DNA from: Phnomibacter sp. | Lineage (GTDB): Bacteria; Bacteroidota; Bacteroidia; Chitinophagales; Chitinophagaceae | Assembly: GCA_035456005.1 (NCBI GenBank) | Contig: DATIEA010000012.1 | Location: 486,643 to 518,642 of the forward strand | DNA length: 32,000 nt | Reading direction: 5' to 3' | Part shown: positions 18,502-27,781 of the stretch, piece after piece | Layout of the letters: each line of letters opens with the position of its first letter | Position numbering within the stretch: position 1 is the stretch's first letter | Notes under the pieces: generated by a model | Told to the model about the DNA's origin: nothing | The model's database searches: none | What the model saw: only the letters and a program-made list of their open reading frames with translations | Program-made: the position numbers and the translations under genes

Positions 18502-19779
18502 TTAACGCAAAAAAGATTTCGTGGCTTCAATGGTTTTATCCAAATCGCCTGTAGATAAGGCATTGTTGAGAAACCAACTTTCGTATGCACTGGGTGGCAG
18601 GTAAATACCATTGCGCAGCATATGATGAAAATAGGCTTTGAATTTTTCGATATCGCAGGCAGCAGCAGTTGCAAAATCTACCACAGCGTGATCACCAAAA
18701 TGCACACTGATCATACTGCCCAATTGGTTGATGTTGTAAGGAACGCCACTGGCTTTCAACACCGCATCCAATCCGTTGCGCAGGTATAAAGTTTTATTTC
18801 CTAACGAAGCAAATATCTCCGGCTTTGCTTTCAACTCTTTGAGCAATGTATAGCCCGCGATCATGGCTACAGGGTTACCGCTTAAAGTACCCGCCTGGTA
18901 CACATTTCCAAGTGGGGCAACACATTCCATAATGGCTCGCTTACCACCGAATGCGCCCACAGGCATGCCGGCACCAATCACTTTTCCATAACAAACCAGG
19001 TCGGCATCGATGCCCAGTTTTTCCTGTGCGCCACCTGCTGCTAACCTGAAGCCGGTCATCACTTCATCAAAAATGAAAACGATGCCTTCTGCATCGCACA
19101 ATGCACGAATGCCTTCTAAAAATCCAGGAGCAGGAAGTATGCAGCCCATATTGCCTGCAACAGGTTCCACAATAATGGCAGCTACTTCATCTTTATGATC
19201 AGTTACCAATTGTTTTACTGCTTCCAAATCGTTGTAAGCACAGGTGAGTGTATCGGTGCTCACACCGGCAGTAACACCCGGCACCGTTTGAATATTGAAT
19301 GTGGCCACACCACTACCGGCTTTCACCAAAAAACTATCGGCATGACCATGGTAGCAGCCTTCGAACTTAATGATCTTGTTGCGGCCAGTGTATCCACGAG
19401 CCAGGCGAATGGCACTCATGCAAGCTTCGGTACCACTGCTTACCATGCGAATCAGATCCACATTGGGCACCATGCTTTTGATCAACTCAGCCATTTCAAT
19501 TTCCAACTCGGTAGGTGCGCCATACGAAGTAGAGTCATACACTTTTTCACGAATGGCTTCTACAATTGGCTCATAGGCATGTCCCAAAATCATGGGTCCC
19601 CAGGATGCGATATAGTCGATGTATTGATTGCCGTCTTCGTCGTACAAATAAGCCCCTTTGGCTTTTTTGATAAACAATGGCGTACCCCCCACATGTTTGA
19701 ATGCACGCACAGGCGAGTTCACACCACCGGGTATAGATTGTTGTGCTCTGTCGAAAAGTTGCTGACTACGAAGAAACAT
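18502..19779 (-). CDS. hemL: glutamate-1-semialdehyde 2,1-aminomutase
   Basis: [12 protein letters not shown] and full-length class-III aminotransferase similarity support the call. The ORF-track start at 19809 is TTG, and I chose the first ATG at 19779 ([13 protein letters not shown]...). Confidence 0.93.
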   Translation of the reverse strand: MFLRSQQLFDRAQQSIPGGVNSPVRAFKHVGGTPLFIKKAKGAYLYDEDGNQYIDYIASWGPMILGHAYEPIVEAIREKVYDSTSYGAPTELEIEMAELIKSMVPNVDLIRMVSSGTEACMSAIRLARGYTGRNKIIKFEGCYHGHADSFLVKAGSGVATFNIQTVPGVTAGVSTDTLTCAYNDLEAVKQLVTDHKDEVAAIIVEPVAGNMGCILPAPGFLEGIRALCDAEGIVFIFDEVMTGFRLAAGGAQEKLGIDADLVCYGKVIGAGMPVGAFGGKRAIMECVAPLGNVYQAGTLSGNPVAMIAGYTLLKELKAKPEIFASLGNKTLYLRNGLDAVLKASGVPYNINQLGSMISVHFGDHAVVDFATAAACDIEKFKAYFHHMLRNGIYLPPSAYESWFLNNALSTGDLDKTIEATKSFLR

Positions 19780-19832
19780 GGCTAAATATGATTTTGTAAG
19801 TACATCCAATTAGTGATATACGCCTGTTACTA

Positions 19833-20810
19833 TTATTGATTAATTATCCGAACTGCATCCTTTGCAAAATAAGTCGCTATCAAATCTGCACCGGCCCTTT
19901 TCATAGAAGTAAGCGTTTCTATGATGGCTTTTTCTTCGTTGATCCAACCCATTTTTGCAGCGGCTTTTATCATGGCATATTCGCCACTTACATTGTAAGC
20001 ACTTACCGGCACTTCACTTATATTTTTTACTTCCCGAATTATATCGAGGTAACTCAACGCAGGTTTTACCATTACAATATCTGCGCCTTCTTCTACGTCC
20101 ATCAACACTTCTTTTATCGCTTCTGTACGATTGGCAAAATCCATCTGGTAAGTTTTCTTATCGCCAAAACCCGGCGCACTATCCAGTGCATCTCTAAACG
20201 GTCCGTAAAAGCTGGAAGCATATTTAGCGCTATAGGCCATGATGCCGGTTTTGGTAAATCCATTTTGCTCCAACGCCATGCGGATGGCGCCAATACGGCC
20301 ATCCATCATATCGCTGGGTGCTACCATATCGGCACCGGCCTGTGCATGGCTCACACTCATCAAAGCCAATACTTCTACTGTGGCATCGTTTACAATTTCC
20401 CCATTCTCCACTATGCCATCATGACCAAAAGATGAAAACGGGTCCAGCGCTACATCGGTCATTACAAACATATCGGGGCAGGCAGTCTTCACTGTTTTAA
20501 TGGCTCGCTGCATCAGGCCATCGGCATTCAATGCTTCAGTACCCTTATTGTCTTTTTTATCGTCGTCGCATTTTATGAACAGCAACACACTCTTCAAACC
20601 CATGCCCCACAATTCTTTTACTTCCTTCGCCAGGTTGTCGAGGCTAAGGCGATAATAATTGGACATAGATGCGATCTCTTCTTTCACTCCACTGCCTTCC
20701 ACTACAAACAAGGGCACAATAAAATCGTTGGGCGACAAAATAGTTTCGGCTACCAAACTTCTTATGGCCTGTGACTGGCGCAGTATGCGATTTCTTCTTT
20801 GAAGTATCAT
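19833..20810 (-). CDS. hemB: porphobilinogen synthase (delta-aminolevulinate dehydratase)
   Basis: The 325-aa protein shows the typical N-terminus RRNRILRQSQAIRSLVAET.LSPNDFIVPLFV and active-site regions (MVKPALSYLDII, YNVSGEYAM). Confidence 0.93.
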   Translation of the reverse strand: MILQRRNRILRQSQAIRSLVAETILSPNDFIVPLFVVEGSGVKEEIASMSNYYRLSLDNLAKEVKELWGMGLKSVLLFIKCDDDKKDNKGTEALNADGLMQRAIKTVKTACPDMFVMTDVALDPFSSFGHDGIVENGEIVNDATVEVLALMSVSHAQAGADMVAPSDMMDGRIGAIRMALEQNGFTKTGIMAYSAKYASSFYGPFRDALDSAPGFGDKKTYQMDFANRTEAIKEVLMDVEEGADIVMVKPALSYLDIIREVKNISEVPVSAYNVSGEYAMIKAAAKMGWINEEKAIIETLTSMKRAGADLIATYFAKDAVRIINQ

Positions 20811-20881
20811 AAAATGTAAACGCTTGAAATACGAAATGAAATAAATACAAAGGTGTGTGCGAAAAATGATCCCTGTTATTG

Positions 20882-21847
20882 TTAGCAGGTGTTCGATTGT
20901 TTTGCCCAGGCCATTCTTTCTTCATCAGAAATTTCGGAGATCCAGTCGCGGGGATGCAAGCAGGCTTGCAACAATATATCTTCTTCGCTGCCGGCAGCGG
21001 GTTGATAGTTATACTCGAACCGAACAGTGGGTGGCAAACTCATGAGTATACTTTCTATGCGACCATTGGTTTTTAGCCCAAACAATGTGCCACGGTCGTG
21101 CACTAGGTTAAACTCGGTATAGCGTCCTCTTCTTATTTCCTGCCAGTGCTTATTCGCTTCAGTAAATGCACGATCTCTGTGCTTAGCAACAATGGGCAGG
21201 TACGCATCCATAAATGCATAGCCACATTGCCGGGCCAGTTGCAACCAGCGCTCCACACTATGCGTTTCAGTTTCACGCTTATGATCATAAAATATACCGC
21301 CAATACCCCGACGTTCATTGCCACGATGCGAGTTTACAAAATAATCGTCGCAGGTGATTTTAAATGCAGGATAAAAACTTTGATCGATCGAATCGCAGGC
21401 TGTCTTAAATGTTTGATGAAAATGTTTGCAATCTGCCTCATCAATATAGTAGGGCGTTAAATCGGTACCACCGCCGAACCAACGGTCGGTTACATTACCG
21501 GCCGCATCGTACAATTCAAACATGCGATAGTTGAAATGTATGGTGGGTACAAAAGGATTAAATGGATGCAGTACCGATGAAATGCCTGCTGCAAACCAAC
21601 TATGCCCGGATACTTTCAACGCCTGGCGCATTGCGTCTGTTACTTCACCAAAAACCACCGAAGTATTCACACCACCTTTTTCAAACACGTCGCCATGAGC
21701 AATCACCCGTGTTTTGCCACCACCACCTTCTTCACGCTGCCATGCATCTTCTATAAAAGTTGCCTTCCCATCTGCCTGTTCTAAAGCAGCACAGATATCG
21801 TTTTGCAACTGGTGGATGAATGCTATGAATTGTTCTTTAATTGACAT
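20882..21847 (-). CDS. hemF: oxygen-dependent coproporphyrinogen III oxidase
   Basis: WQREEGGGGKTRV, GRYTEFNLVHDRGTLFGLKTNGRIESILMSLPP and RGIGGIFYD correspond closely to E. coli HemF. Confidence 0.93.
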   Translation of the reverse strand: MSIKEQFIAFIHQLQNDICAALEQADGKATFIEDAWQREEGGGGKTRVIAHGDVFEKGGVNTSVVFGEVTDAMRQALKVSGHSWFAAGISSVLHPFNPFVPTIHFNYRMFELYDAAGNVTDRWFGGGTDLTPYYIDEADCKHFHQTFKTACDSIDQSFYPAFKITCDDYFVNSHRGNERRGIGGIFYDHKRETETHSVERWLQLARQCGYAFMDAYLPIVAKHRDRAFTEANKHWQEIRRGRYTEFNLVHDRGTLFGLKTNGRIESILMSLPPTVRFEYNYQPAAGSEEDILLQACLHPRDWISEISDEERMAWAKQSNTC

Positions 21848-21857
21848 ACTGCTTTTT

Positions 21858-21994
21858 AAGGTGAAAGGTGGTAAGGCGTAAGGTTTGAGGTTGAAAGTTT
21901 ACAAGTTGACGAGTTCTAATGTTTGAGCAATCATCATTCGTAAATCCGAAATCATCAATCATAAATCAGCCATCATACATCAGAAATCCCAAAA
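21858..21994 (-). repeat. mosaic short-period intergenic repeat, copy B (hemE-hemF spacer)
   Basis: About 20 consecutive heptads run from AAGGTGA AAGGTGG TAAGGCG ... to ... CAATCAT AAATCAG CCATCAT ACATCAG. The copy contains the 35-nt core 21921-21955, which is the exact reverse complement of 27138-27172. Confidence 0.85.
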
Positions 21995-23023
21995 TCACTG
22001 TCCGTATTCCTTCACTGCTGCCACAAATGCCTTGGCATTATCAACCGGTACATCGGGTGTAATACCGTGGCCAAGATTGGCAATGTACCTGGTAGTGCCA
22101 AACGCATCTATCATTTCTTTTACAGCCTGCTTCAATTGTGGTATGGGCAGTAACAGTTTTGCCGGATCGAAATTGCCCTGCAAAGTGATACTGTTATTGG
22201 TGAGGTTGCGTGCTGTTTGAGCATCCATGCACCAATCGATACCCAATGCCGATGCACCGCTTTGTGCCAATGCAGGCAATGCGTACCAGCTTCCCTTGGG
22301 AAACAAAATAACAGGTGCCACACCTTTCAGTGCAGTTGCAATTTGTAAAAGATAGGGCTGCGCAAATGCTTCAAAATCCTGCTTACTCAGCGAGCCACTC
22401 CAGCTATCGAACACCTGCACCGCATCGGCACCGGCGGCCACCTGCGCTTTCAGGTAAGCAATAGTGATATCTGTAATTTTTTGCAGCAATGCATGCGCCA
22501 GTTGGGGTTGGGTAAAGCAGAATTTCTTTGCCTTCTCCCAGGTCTTGCTGCCCTTACCTTCCACCATATAGCAAAGTATGGTAAAGGGTGCTCCTGCAAA
22601 ACCGATAAGCGGCACACGGCCGGCCAAACCTTGTTTGGTAAGTGCCAATGCCTGCATCACATACCCGAGTGTTTCTTCCACACCTTCGGTGATCAATGCA
22701 TCAATATCTTTTTGTGTTTGAATGGTATTTGGCAGCAGCGGTCCCCTGCCTTCTTCCATCAACACTTCTACACCCATTGCCTGGGGAATCACGAGTATAT
22801 CAGAAAAAATAATGGCGGCATCGGTGCCTACAATATCAATGGGCTGCAGGGTGATCTCAGCAGCCAGTTCGGGTGTTTGCACCCGTGTAAAAAAATCGTA
22901 TTTCGCTTTCAGCGCTAAATACTCTGGCAAATACCTGCCTGCCTGGCGCATCATCCAAACCGGTGGACGGTTCAATTCTTCGCCGCGCAGTGCTTTCAGA
23001 AATAAATCGTTTTGTAATGTCAT
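21995..23023 (-). CDS. hemE: uroporphyrinogen decarboxylase
   Basis: The signature [16 protein letters not shown] is present, at the typical length of 342 aa. Confidence 0.94.
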   Translation of the reverse strand: MTLQNDLFLKALRGEELNRPPVWMMRQAGRYLPEYLALKAKYDFFTRVQTPELAAEITLQPIDIVGTDAAIIFSDILVIPQAMGVEVLMEEGRGPLLPNTIQTQKDIDALITEGVEETLGYVMQALALTKQGLAGRVPLIGFAGAPFTILCYMVEGKGSKTWEKAKKFCFTQPQLAHALLQKITDITIAYLKAQVAAGADAVQVFDSWSGSLSKQDFEAFAQPYLLQIATALKGVAPVILFPKGSWYALPALAQSGASALGIDWCMDAQTARNLTNNSITLQGNFDPAKLLLPIPQLKQAVKEMIDAFGTTRYIANLGHGITPDVPVDNAKAFVAAVKEYGQ

Positions 23024-23050
23024 ATATCTTCTTTGCGAACCGGCTACAGC

Positions 23051-23758
23051 TTACATGGCTGCGGCCCAGTTCATCATTTTTTTTATCAGTTCATCTTTGC
23101 CCGGTGTTGCAGGCTGTAAAATTTCATTGTGGCAAAAGCGTTGAATTTCGGCAGCAGTGGTAGGCCCGGTGGCAAACATTACCGTGTTGGATGCCGCAGT
23201 ATTGGCTGCAAAAAAACTACGTACAGCACTGGGGCTAAAAAACAATACTGCATCATACTGTTTTTCCAATGCCATAGGAAGCTCATGCGTTTCGTACACG
23301 AATGTTTCATTTACCTGCACACCATTTTCCTGCAACGTTTGCGGTATAGCATCGCGGCGAATATTGCTGCAGAAAAAATGCACTTCCTTTTCATTCAACT
23401 TCGGCAGCAGATCGGCAACAAGTGCCACAGCATCGCTGCCCGTGGCAATGATATTGCAATGCGGGAACAATGCTTCCACCAGCAACTTTGTTGACTGACT
23501 TAGGCAGGCAATACGCCATGCAGGCATGTGCACACCCAACATATCAGCCACCGATTGCACTGCATTCATGCTGGTAAAAACGGCAACAATATTTTGCTTT
23601 GCTAATCCAATTATTTTTTGCTGTAAGGCATCGTTCTGCAGCGGAACAATTTTGATGAATTCAATTTCATCTACCTGTATTCCTTTCGTGCCGGCTTCTG
23701 CCACACAGGCTTGTCCCAGTGGCCTGGTACTTAATATTTGGAGGGTAGCGGGTTTCAT
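23051..23758 (-). CDS. hemD: uroporphyrinogen-III synthase
   Basis: ILSTRP near the N-terminus and VFTSMNAV motifs are present. The gene sits between hemC and hemE, and its ATG overlaps the hemC stop codon (ATGA). Confidence 0.85.
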   Translation of the reverse strand: MKPATLQILSTRPLGQACVAEAGTKGIQVDEIEFIKIVPLQNDALQQKIIGLAKQNIVAVFTSMNAVQSVADMLGVHMPAWRIACLSQSTKLLVEALFPHCNIIATGSDAVALVADLLPKLNEKEVHFFCSNIRRDAIPQTLQENGVQVNETFVYETHELPMALEKQYDAVLFFSPSAVRSFFAANTAASNTVMFATGPTTAAEIQRFCHNEILQPATPGKDELIKKMMNWAAAM

Positions 23759-24660
23759 GGTTTCAATTTCTCAACCATTTTTCGCCCACCATTTTGTAAT
23801 ATTTTTTCAGCAGCAGTATAGCCGCCGTCATTCACTTCATCTACGCCAAATGTGCAACTTACTTCCAACAGGTCTGAGCCATCGGGTAGGCAGATATTTC
23901 CTGTAAAACTGATATGGCTATAATGATGCTCTGCAAATGCACTGATCGGTGTAGCGCAACCACCCATCAGTCCACGCAGGAAGTCGCGTTCTATGCGTAC
24001 ACAGGCAGCTGTCATTTCATCGTTGATCAAATCGCAGGCGGCTTGCGCAGCGGCATCGTCTTGCCTGCATACCACCATTACAGCACCTTGTGCCGGGGCA
24101 GGAAGCATCCAGTCCAACACAATATGATTGGCGGGAAGTAATTCAATTCTATCGAGCCCTGCTTTGGCAAATATGGCGCCATCCCAGTTCGATTGATGGA
24201 GCTTGTCGAGCCGTGATTGCATATTGCCCCGCAGGTTTTCGAAGCGGGTATTTGGATAGCGGTATAGCCACTGCGCTTTGCGACGAATGCTACTGGTGGC
24301 TATCAACATTTCACTGTTTTTGTTGGCAAACAATTGGGCATCGGCTTTATACACCAATACATCTTCCACATGGCCACGCGGCAACACTGCAGCCTGCACA
24401 ATGCCATCGGGCAATTGGGTAGGCACGTCTTTCATGCTGTGTACGGCAATATCGATTCGGTTGTTGAGCAATGCCGCATCGAGTGTACGGGTAAATACGC
24501 CCTGCACACCCATTTCGTACAATGGCGTAACAAGGTCAATATCTCCTTCGCTTTTTACGGGCACCAGTACCGATTCGATGCCATGGCTAAGTAGGGCTGC
24601 TTGTACATTCGTGGCCTGCCATAAGGCAAGCTTGCTATCGCGGGTTCCAATACTGATCAT
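23755..24660 (-). CDS. hemC: hydroxymethylbilane synthase (porphobilinogen deaminase)
   Basis: The protein begins MISIGTRDSKLALWQA... I chose the ATG at 24660, which overlaps the hemA stop codon (ATGA). The 21-codon extension in the ORF track lies inside hemA. Confidence 0.93.
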   Translation of the reverse strand: MISIGTRDSKLALWQATNVQAALLSHGIESVLVPVKSEGDIDLVTPLYEMGVQGVFTRTLDAALLNNRIDIAVHSMKDVPTQLPDGIVQAAVLPRGHVEDVLVYKADAQLFANKNSEMLIATSSIRRKAQWLYRYPNTRFENLRGNMQSRLDKLHQSNWDGAIFAKAGLDRIELLPANHIVLDWMLPAPAQGAVMVVCRQDDAAAQAACDLINDEMTAACVRIERDFLRGLMGGCATPISAFAEHHYSHISFTGNICLPDGSDLLEVSCTFGVDEVNDGGYTAAEKILQNGGRKMVEKLKP

Positions 24661-25904
24661 GATACTTGTACAGATACTGCGGGATGATCGAGGAATTGCC
24701 GGTATGCCTGTATTACATGGCAACCTTTCACCGATTCATTTTTCAGGTTTACCACCAGGTTATTTACAGAGTTCTGAACCAATTCTTCCATGTTCACCGC
24801 ATGGGCGGAAATATCGTCGCCGGCTGTGCAGGAATTTTGACTGGTCCATTCAGCCAGGTGTTGTTTAAATAATTTGATAGCAGGCGTATGCTTATAGGTA
24901 TGAAGCCATTGGTAGAACTCCACTTCGTACTCGGCAATAATGCTTTCTGCCTTGGGTACCTCTGTATGGCGACGGGCAATATTCTGTTCCAATATCACAG
25001 AGATATCGTCCACATTGGCAAAATGCACACCCGGCACATCGGCCACTGCTTTATCTACGTTGGCAGGTACACTTAAGTCTACAATGTATCGCTCCCGCTG
25101 TGTTGTAAAATGCGTGGGCAATACAATAGGTGTAGTAGAAGATGTGCTGGTAACAATGATGTCAAACCCATCGATAGTTGTATCGAGGCTTGCATAGGGA
25201 ATACTTTCTACTTTCAAAGTTTCCGCAATGGAGTTGGCTTTTTCATCAGTGCGGTTGCAAAGTACCAACTCAATATTCGGAAGGTAATGCTGCATATTCT
25301 TGCACACATTCACGCCAAATTTTCCGGTGCCGATAATGAGGGCTTTCATAGGACGGCCATCCAGCTTTTGCTGCAACCACTCGATAGCCGCAAAAGAAAC
25401 CGAAACAGTACCTGTGCTCAGCCCGGTGTTGGTGCGTATTTTTTTGGATGCCTGGAAAACAAAATTGAGGGTGCGGTCCATGATTGGGCCAATGAGGCCG
25501 GCTTTGCGAGCCAATGCAATTGACTGCTTAATCTGTCCCTGAATTTCGTAGTCACCAATAATTTGCGATTCAAGCCCGGCAGCCACTCTAAACAAATGGT
25601 GCATGGCCGATTTGCCGTGCAGGAAAAAACCATGCTCCAAAAAATCGGAGAGTTCCCCTTCTACAAAGCGACACAACAGGGCTGCCAGTTGGTGCGGATG
25701 ACTTACATAACCATATACCTCGGTTCTGTTACAGGTACTAACAATAAACAGGCTTTTGATAGCCTGTTCCTGTCCTTCCTGCAAAATAGCTTTGTGTAAT
25801 TCCGTATCTACGGCAAACCTGCCACGCACAGTGGTATTGGCCTGTCGGTAGCTGATACCTGCTACGCAAAAACGTTCAAGAATATGGTCGGCGTGTAACT
25901 TCAT
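24657..25904 (-). CDS. hemA: glutamyl-tRNA reductase
   Basis: The catalytic-Cys motif STCNRTEVY and an NADPH-binding region (ALIIGTGKFG) are present in this 415-aa protein. Confidence 0.93.
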   Translation of the reverse strand: MKLHADHILERFCVAGISYRQANTTVRGRFAVDTELHKAILQEGQEQAIKSLFIVSTCNRTEVYGYVSHPHQLAALLCRFVEGELSDFLEHGFFLHGKSAMHHLFRVAAGLESQIIGDYEIQGQIKQSIALARKAGLIGPIMDRTLNFVFQASKKIRTNTGLSTGTVSVSFAAIEWLQQKLDGRPMKALIIGTGKFGVNVCKNMQHYLPNIELVLCNRTDEKANSIAETLKVESIPYASLDTTIDGFDIIVTSTSSTTPIVLPTHFTTQRERYIVDLSVPANVDKAVADVPGVHFANVDDISVILEQNIARRHTEVPKAESIIAEYEVEFYQWLHTYKHTPAIKLFKQHLAEWTSQNSCTAGDDISAHAVNMEELVQNSVNNLVVNLKNESVKGCHVIQAYRQFLDHPAVSVQVS

Positions 25905-25912
25905 TAACTATG

Positions 25913-25920
25913 CAAATGTA
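25913..25920 (-). promoter_or_regulatory. candidate -7 promoter box (TACATTTG) for the hemA operon
   Basis: This is an exact TAnnTTTG match ending 8 nt before the hemA ATG. That position would imply a leaderless or near-leaderless mRNA. Confidence 0.35.
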
Positions 25921-25950
25921 TCTTAGGACTCCTTCTTTCAATAATTAAAA

Positions 25951-25975
25951 TGTCATACGATTGTCATTTCTGACA
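25951..25975. promoter_or_regulatory. clustered TGTCA half-sites in the hemA/hemH divergent region
   Basis: TGTCAT occurs at 25951 and 25962, a direct repeat spaced 11 bp start to start. TGTCA-tttc-TGACA at 25962-25975 forms an inverted repeat. Confidence 0.3.
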
Positions 25976-26087
25976 GACTTGTTAAAACAGATATGGAGGG
26001 GTTATCAATTTCAGTTTGCTTTGCAACTCAACGGGATAGAAGCTACACAAAGCGCCACCCACCATTCAGAAAGTAAATACAGCTATA

Positions 26088-27113
26088 ATGAACGAAGTCC
26101 GCAAAGGAATAGTGTTGATGAATCTTGGATCGCCCGACTCTACGGAGGTAAAAGATGTACGCAGGTATCTCGACGAATTCCTGATGGATGAGCGGGTAAT
26201 TGATATGCCCAAACTGCTGCGCATGCTGGTAGTAAAAGGCATTATTGTGCCGTTTCGTGCAGCAAAATCGGCCAAAGCCTACCAAAGCATCTGGACCAAA
26301 GAAGGCTCACCGCTGGTAGTACTCACCCAACAATTGCAGCAAGCCCTGCAGGGACAGGTGGAAGCCCCGGTAAGCATTGCCATGCGCTATGGCAACCCAC
26401 ATCCCAAGCAGGCTTTTGATGAATTGCTGGCCAAAGTGCCCAACCTGGAAGAAGTGATACTGGTGCCCTTGTATCCGCACTATGCCATGAGCAGTTATGA
26501 AACAGCGGTGGAATATGCGAAGGAAGCCCACAAAAAAAACAAGTACAGTTTCAAGCTCACCACGGTAGCACCCTTCTATAAACACGAAGCCTATCTCGAT
26601 GCATTGGCCGCCAGTATTGAACCCTATTTGCAACAGGACTACGACCATATCGTATTCAGCTTTCATGGCATACCCGAACGCCATGTGCTGCGTACCGACC
26701 CCGAAGGCACACACTGCTTGCACTCCGGTACCTGCTGCTCTACCGAAGCACCTGCCCATGCATTTTGCTACCGTCATCAATGCCTGGTAACGGCCGATAA
26801 AGTGGCAGAACAATTACAAATTCCGAAATCAAAATATAGTTTCAGTTTTCAGAGCCGCCTCGGCCGCGACGAATGGCTGAAACCTTATACCGCACAAAGG
26901 CTGGTAGAAATGCCCAATGAAGGCATCAAAAAATTGCTGATCGTGTGCCCTGCATTCGTAAGCGATTGCCTGGAAACACTGGAGGAAATTGCAGTGGAAG
27001 GCAAGGAATCATTTTTACACGCCGGCGGCGAAAGCTTCACACATATTCCCTGCATGAACGTACACCCCCGATGGGTGAAAGCATTGGCTACGCTGGTGGA
27101 AGAAGCGAGGTAG
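26088..27113 (+). CDS. hemH: ferrochelatase
   Basis: GIVLMNLGSPDSTEVKDVRRYLDEFLMD and the conserved His/Glu regions (FSFHGIPERH, VCPAFVSDCLETLEEI) are present in this 341-aa protein. Confidence 0.93.
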   Translation: MNEVRKGIVLMNLGSPDSTEVKDVRRYLDEFLMDERVIDMPKLLRMLVVKGIIVPFRAAKSAKAYQSIWTKEGSPLVVLTQQLQQALQGQVEAPVSIAMRYGNPHPKQAFDELLAKVPNLEEVILVPLYPHYAMSSYETAVEYAKEAHKKNKYSFKLTTVAPFYKHEAYLDALAASIEPYLQQDYDHIVFSFHGIPERHVLRTDPEGTHCLHSGTCCSTEAPAHAFCYRHQCLVTADKVAEQLQIPKSKYSFSFQSRLGRDEWLKPYTAQRLVEMPNEGIKKLLIVCPAFVSDCLETLEEIAVEGKESFLHAGGESFTHIPCMNVHPRWVKALATLVEEAR

Positions 27114-27120
27114 TGGAGGA

Positions 27121-27237
27121 TGTCTGATTTCTGATGTATGATTTCGGATTTACGAATGATGATTGCTCAAACTTTTGAACCTGTGAACCTTGGAACCCTG
27201 GAACCCTGGAACCTGTAAACTTTCCAACCTACTAACC
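27121..27237 (+). repeat. mosaic short-period intergenic repeat, copy C (hemH-hemJ spacer)
   Basis: Seven heptads (TGTCTGA TTTCTGA TGTATGA TTTCGGA TTTACGA ATGATGA TTGCTCA) occupy 27121-27169. Eight in-register octads ending in AAC(C/T) (TTTGAACC TGTGAACC TTGGAACC CTGGAACC CTGGAACC TGTAAACT TTCCAACC TACTAACC) occupy 27174-27237 and abut the hemJ ATG. Confidence 0.85.
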
Positions 27238-27777
27238 ATGCAATACTTCTACATAAAAGCCATCCATATCATCTTCGTGGTTACCTGGTTTGCGGGTTTG
27301 TTTTACCTACCCAGGTTATTGGTGTATTTGGCAGAAGTTCAGCAGAAACAGGAACCTGAAAAATCGATCCTTACTGCGCAACTCCTGCTTATGACCAAAC
27401 GCCTTTGGTACGGCATTACCTGGCCATCAGCCGTGCTTACGCTCATATTTGGAGGATGGATGTGGTGGCTGTATCCGGCTACACCATCATGGTTATGGAT
27501 CAAGCTGGCATTTGTATTGCTCTTATACGTTTACCATTTTTCGTTGCAGGTAATTGTAGGCAAACATACCAAAGGCTTGTACCCTTATTCGGGCAATCAA
27601 ATGCGTATCTGGAATGAAGTACCCACTGTGCTACTAGTAGCCGTGGTAATGTTGGTGGTAGTGAAAGAAAGCATCAGCCTTGTTTGGGGCATTGTGGGCC
27701 TTGCAGCATTGATCATCCTGCTGATGAGTGCCATCAGAATCTATAAAATCATACGTCAAAAAAAAGCCGGGCAATAA
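27238..27777 (+). CDS. hemJ: protoporphyrinogen IX oxidase, HemJ type
   Basis: MQYFYIKAIHIIFVVTWFAGLFYLPRLLVY matches the HemJ/UPF0093 N-terminus, and the protein has 4-5 TM segments. The TTG start at 27190 in the ORF track would translate the octad repeat. Confidence 0.85.
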   Translation: MQYFYIKAIHIIFVVTWFAGLFYLPRLLVYLAEVQQKQEPEKSILTAQLLLMTKRLWYGITWPSAVLTLIFGGWMWWLYPATPSWLWIKLAFVLLLYVYHFSLQVIVGKHTKGLYPYSGNQMRIWNEVPTVLLVAVVMLVVVKESISLVWGIVGLAALIILLMSAIRIYKIIRQKKAGQ

Positions 27778-27781
27778 TTGG

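Noticed and set aside
24661-24723. Upstream extensions of hemC (to 24723), the ABC-2 permease (to 30366), the ABC ATPase (to 31282) and hemJ (TTG 27190).
   Set aside because: Each extension overlaps the preceding gene or translates the octad repeat. In each case an internal ATG gives the conserved family N-terminus. For hemC, the ATG overlaps the hemA stop codon.
21955-27138. A programmed invertible DNA segment (phase-variation switch) defined by the 35-bp inverted repeats.
   Set aside because: No invertase or recombinase gene is in or near the segment. Inversion would separate hemE-A from hemF-B-L and hemH from hemJ without any obvious promoter logic. RecA-mediated inversion remains physically possible and is listed as a check, but a dedicated switch is not supported.
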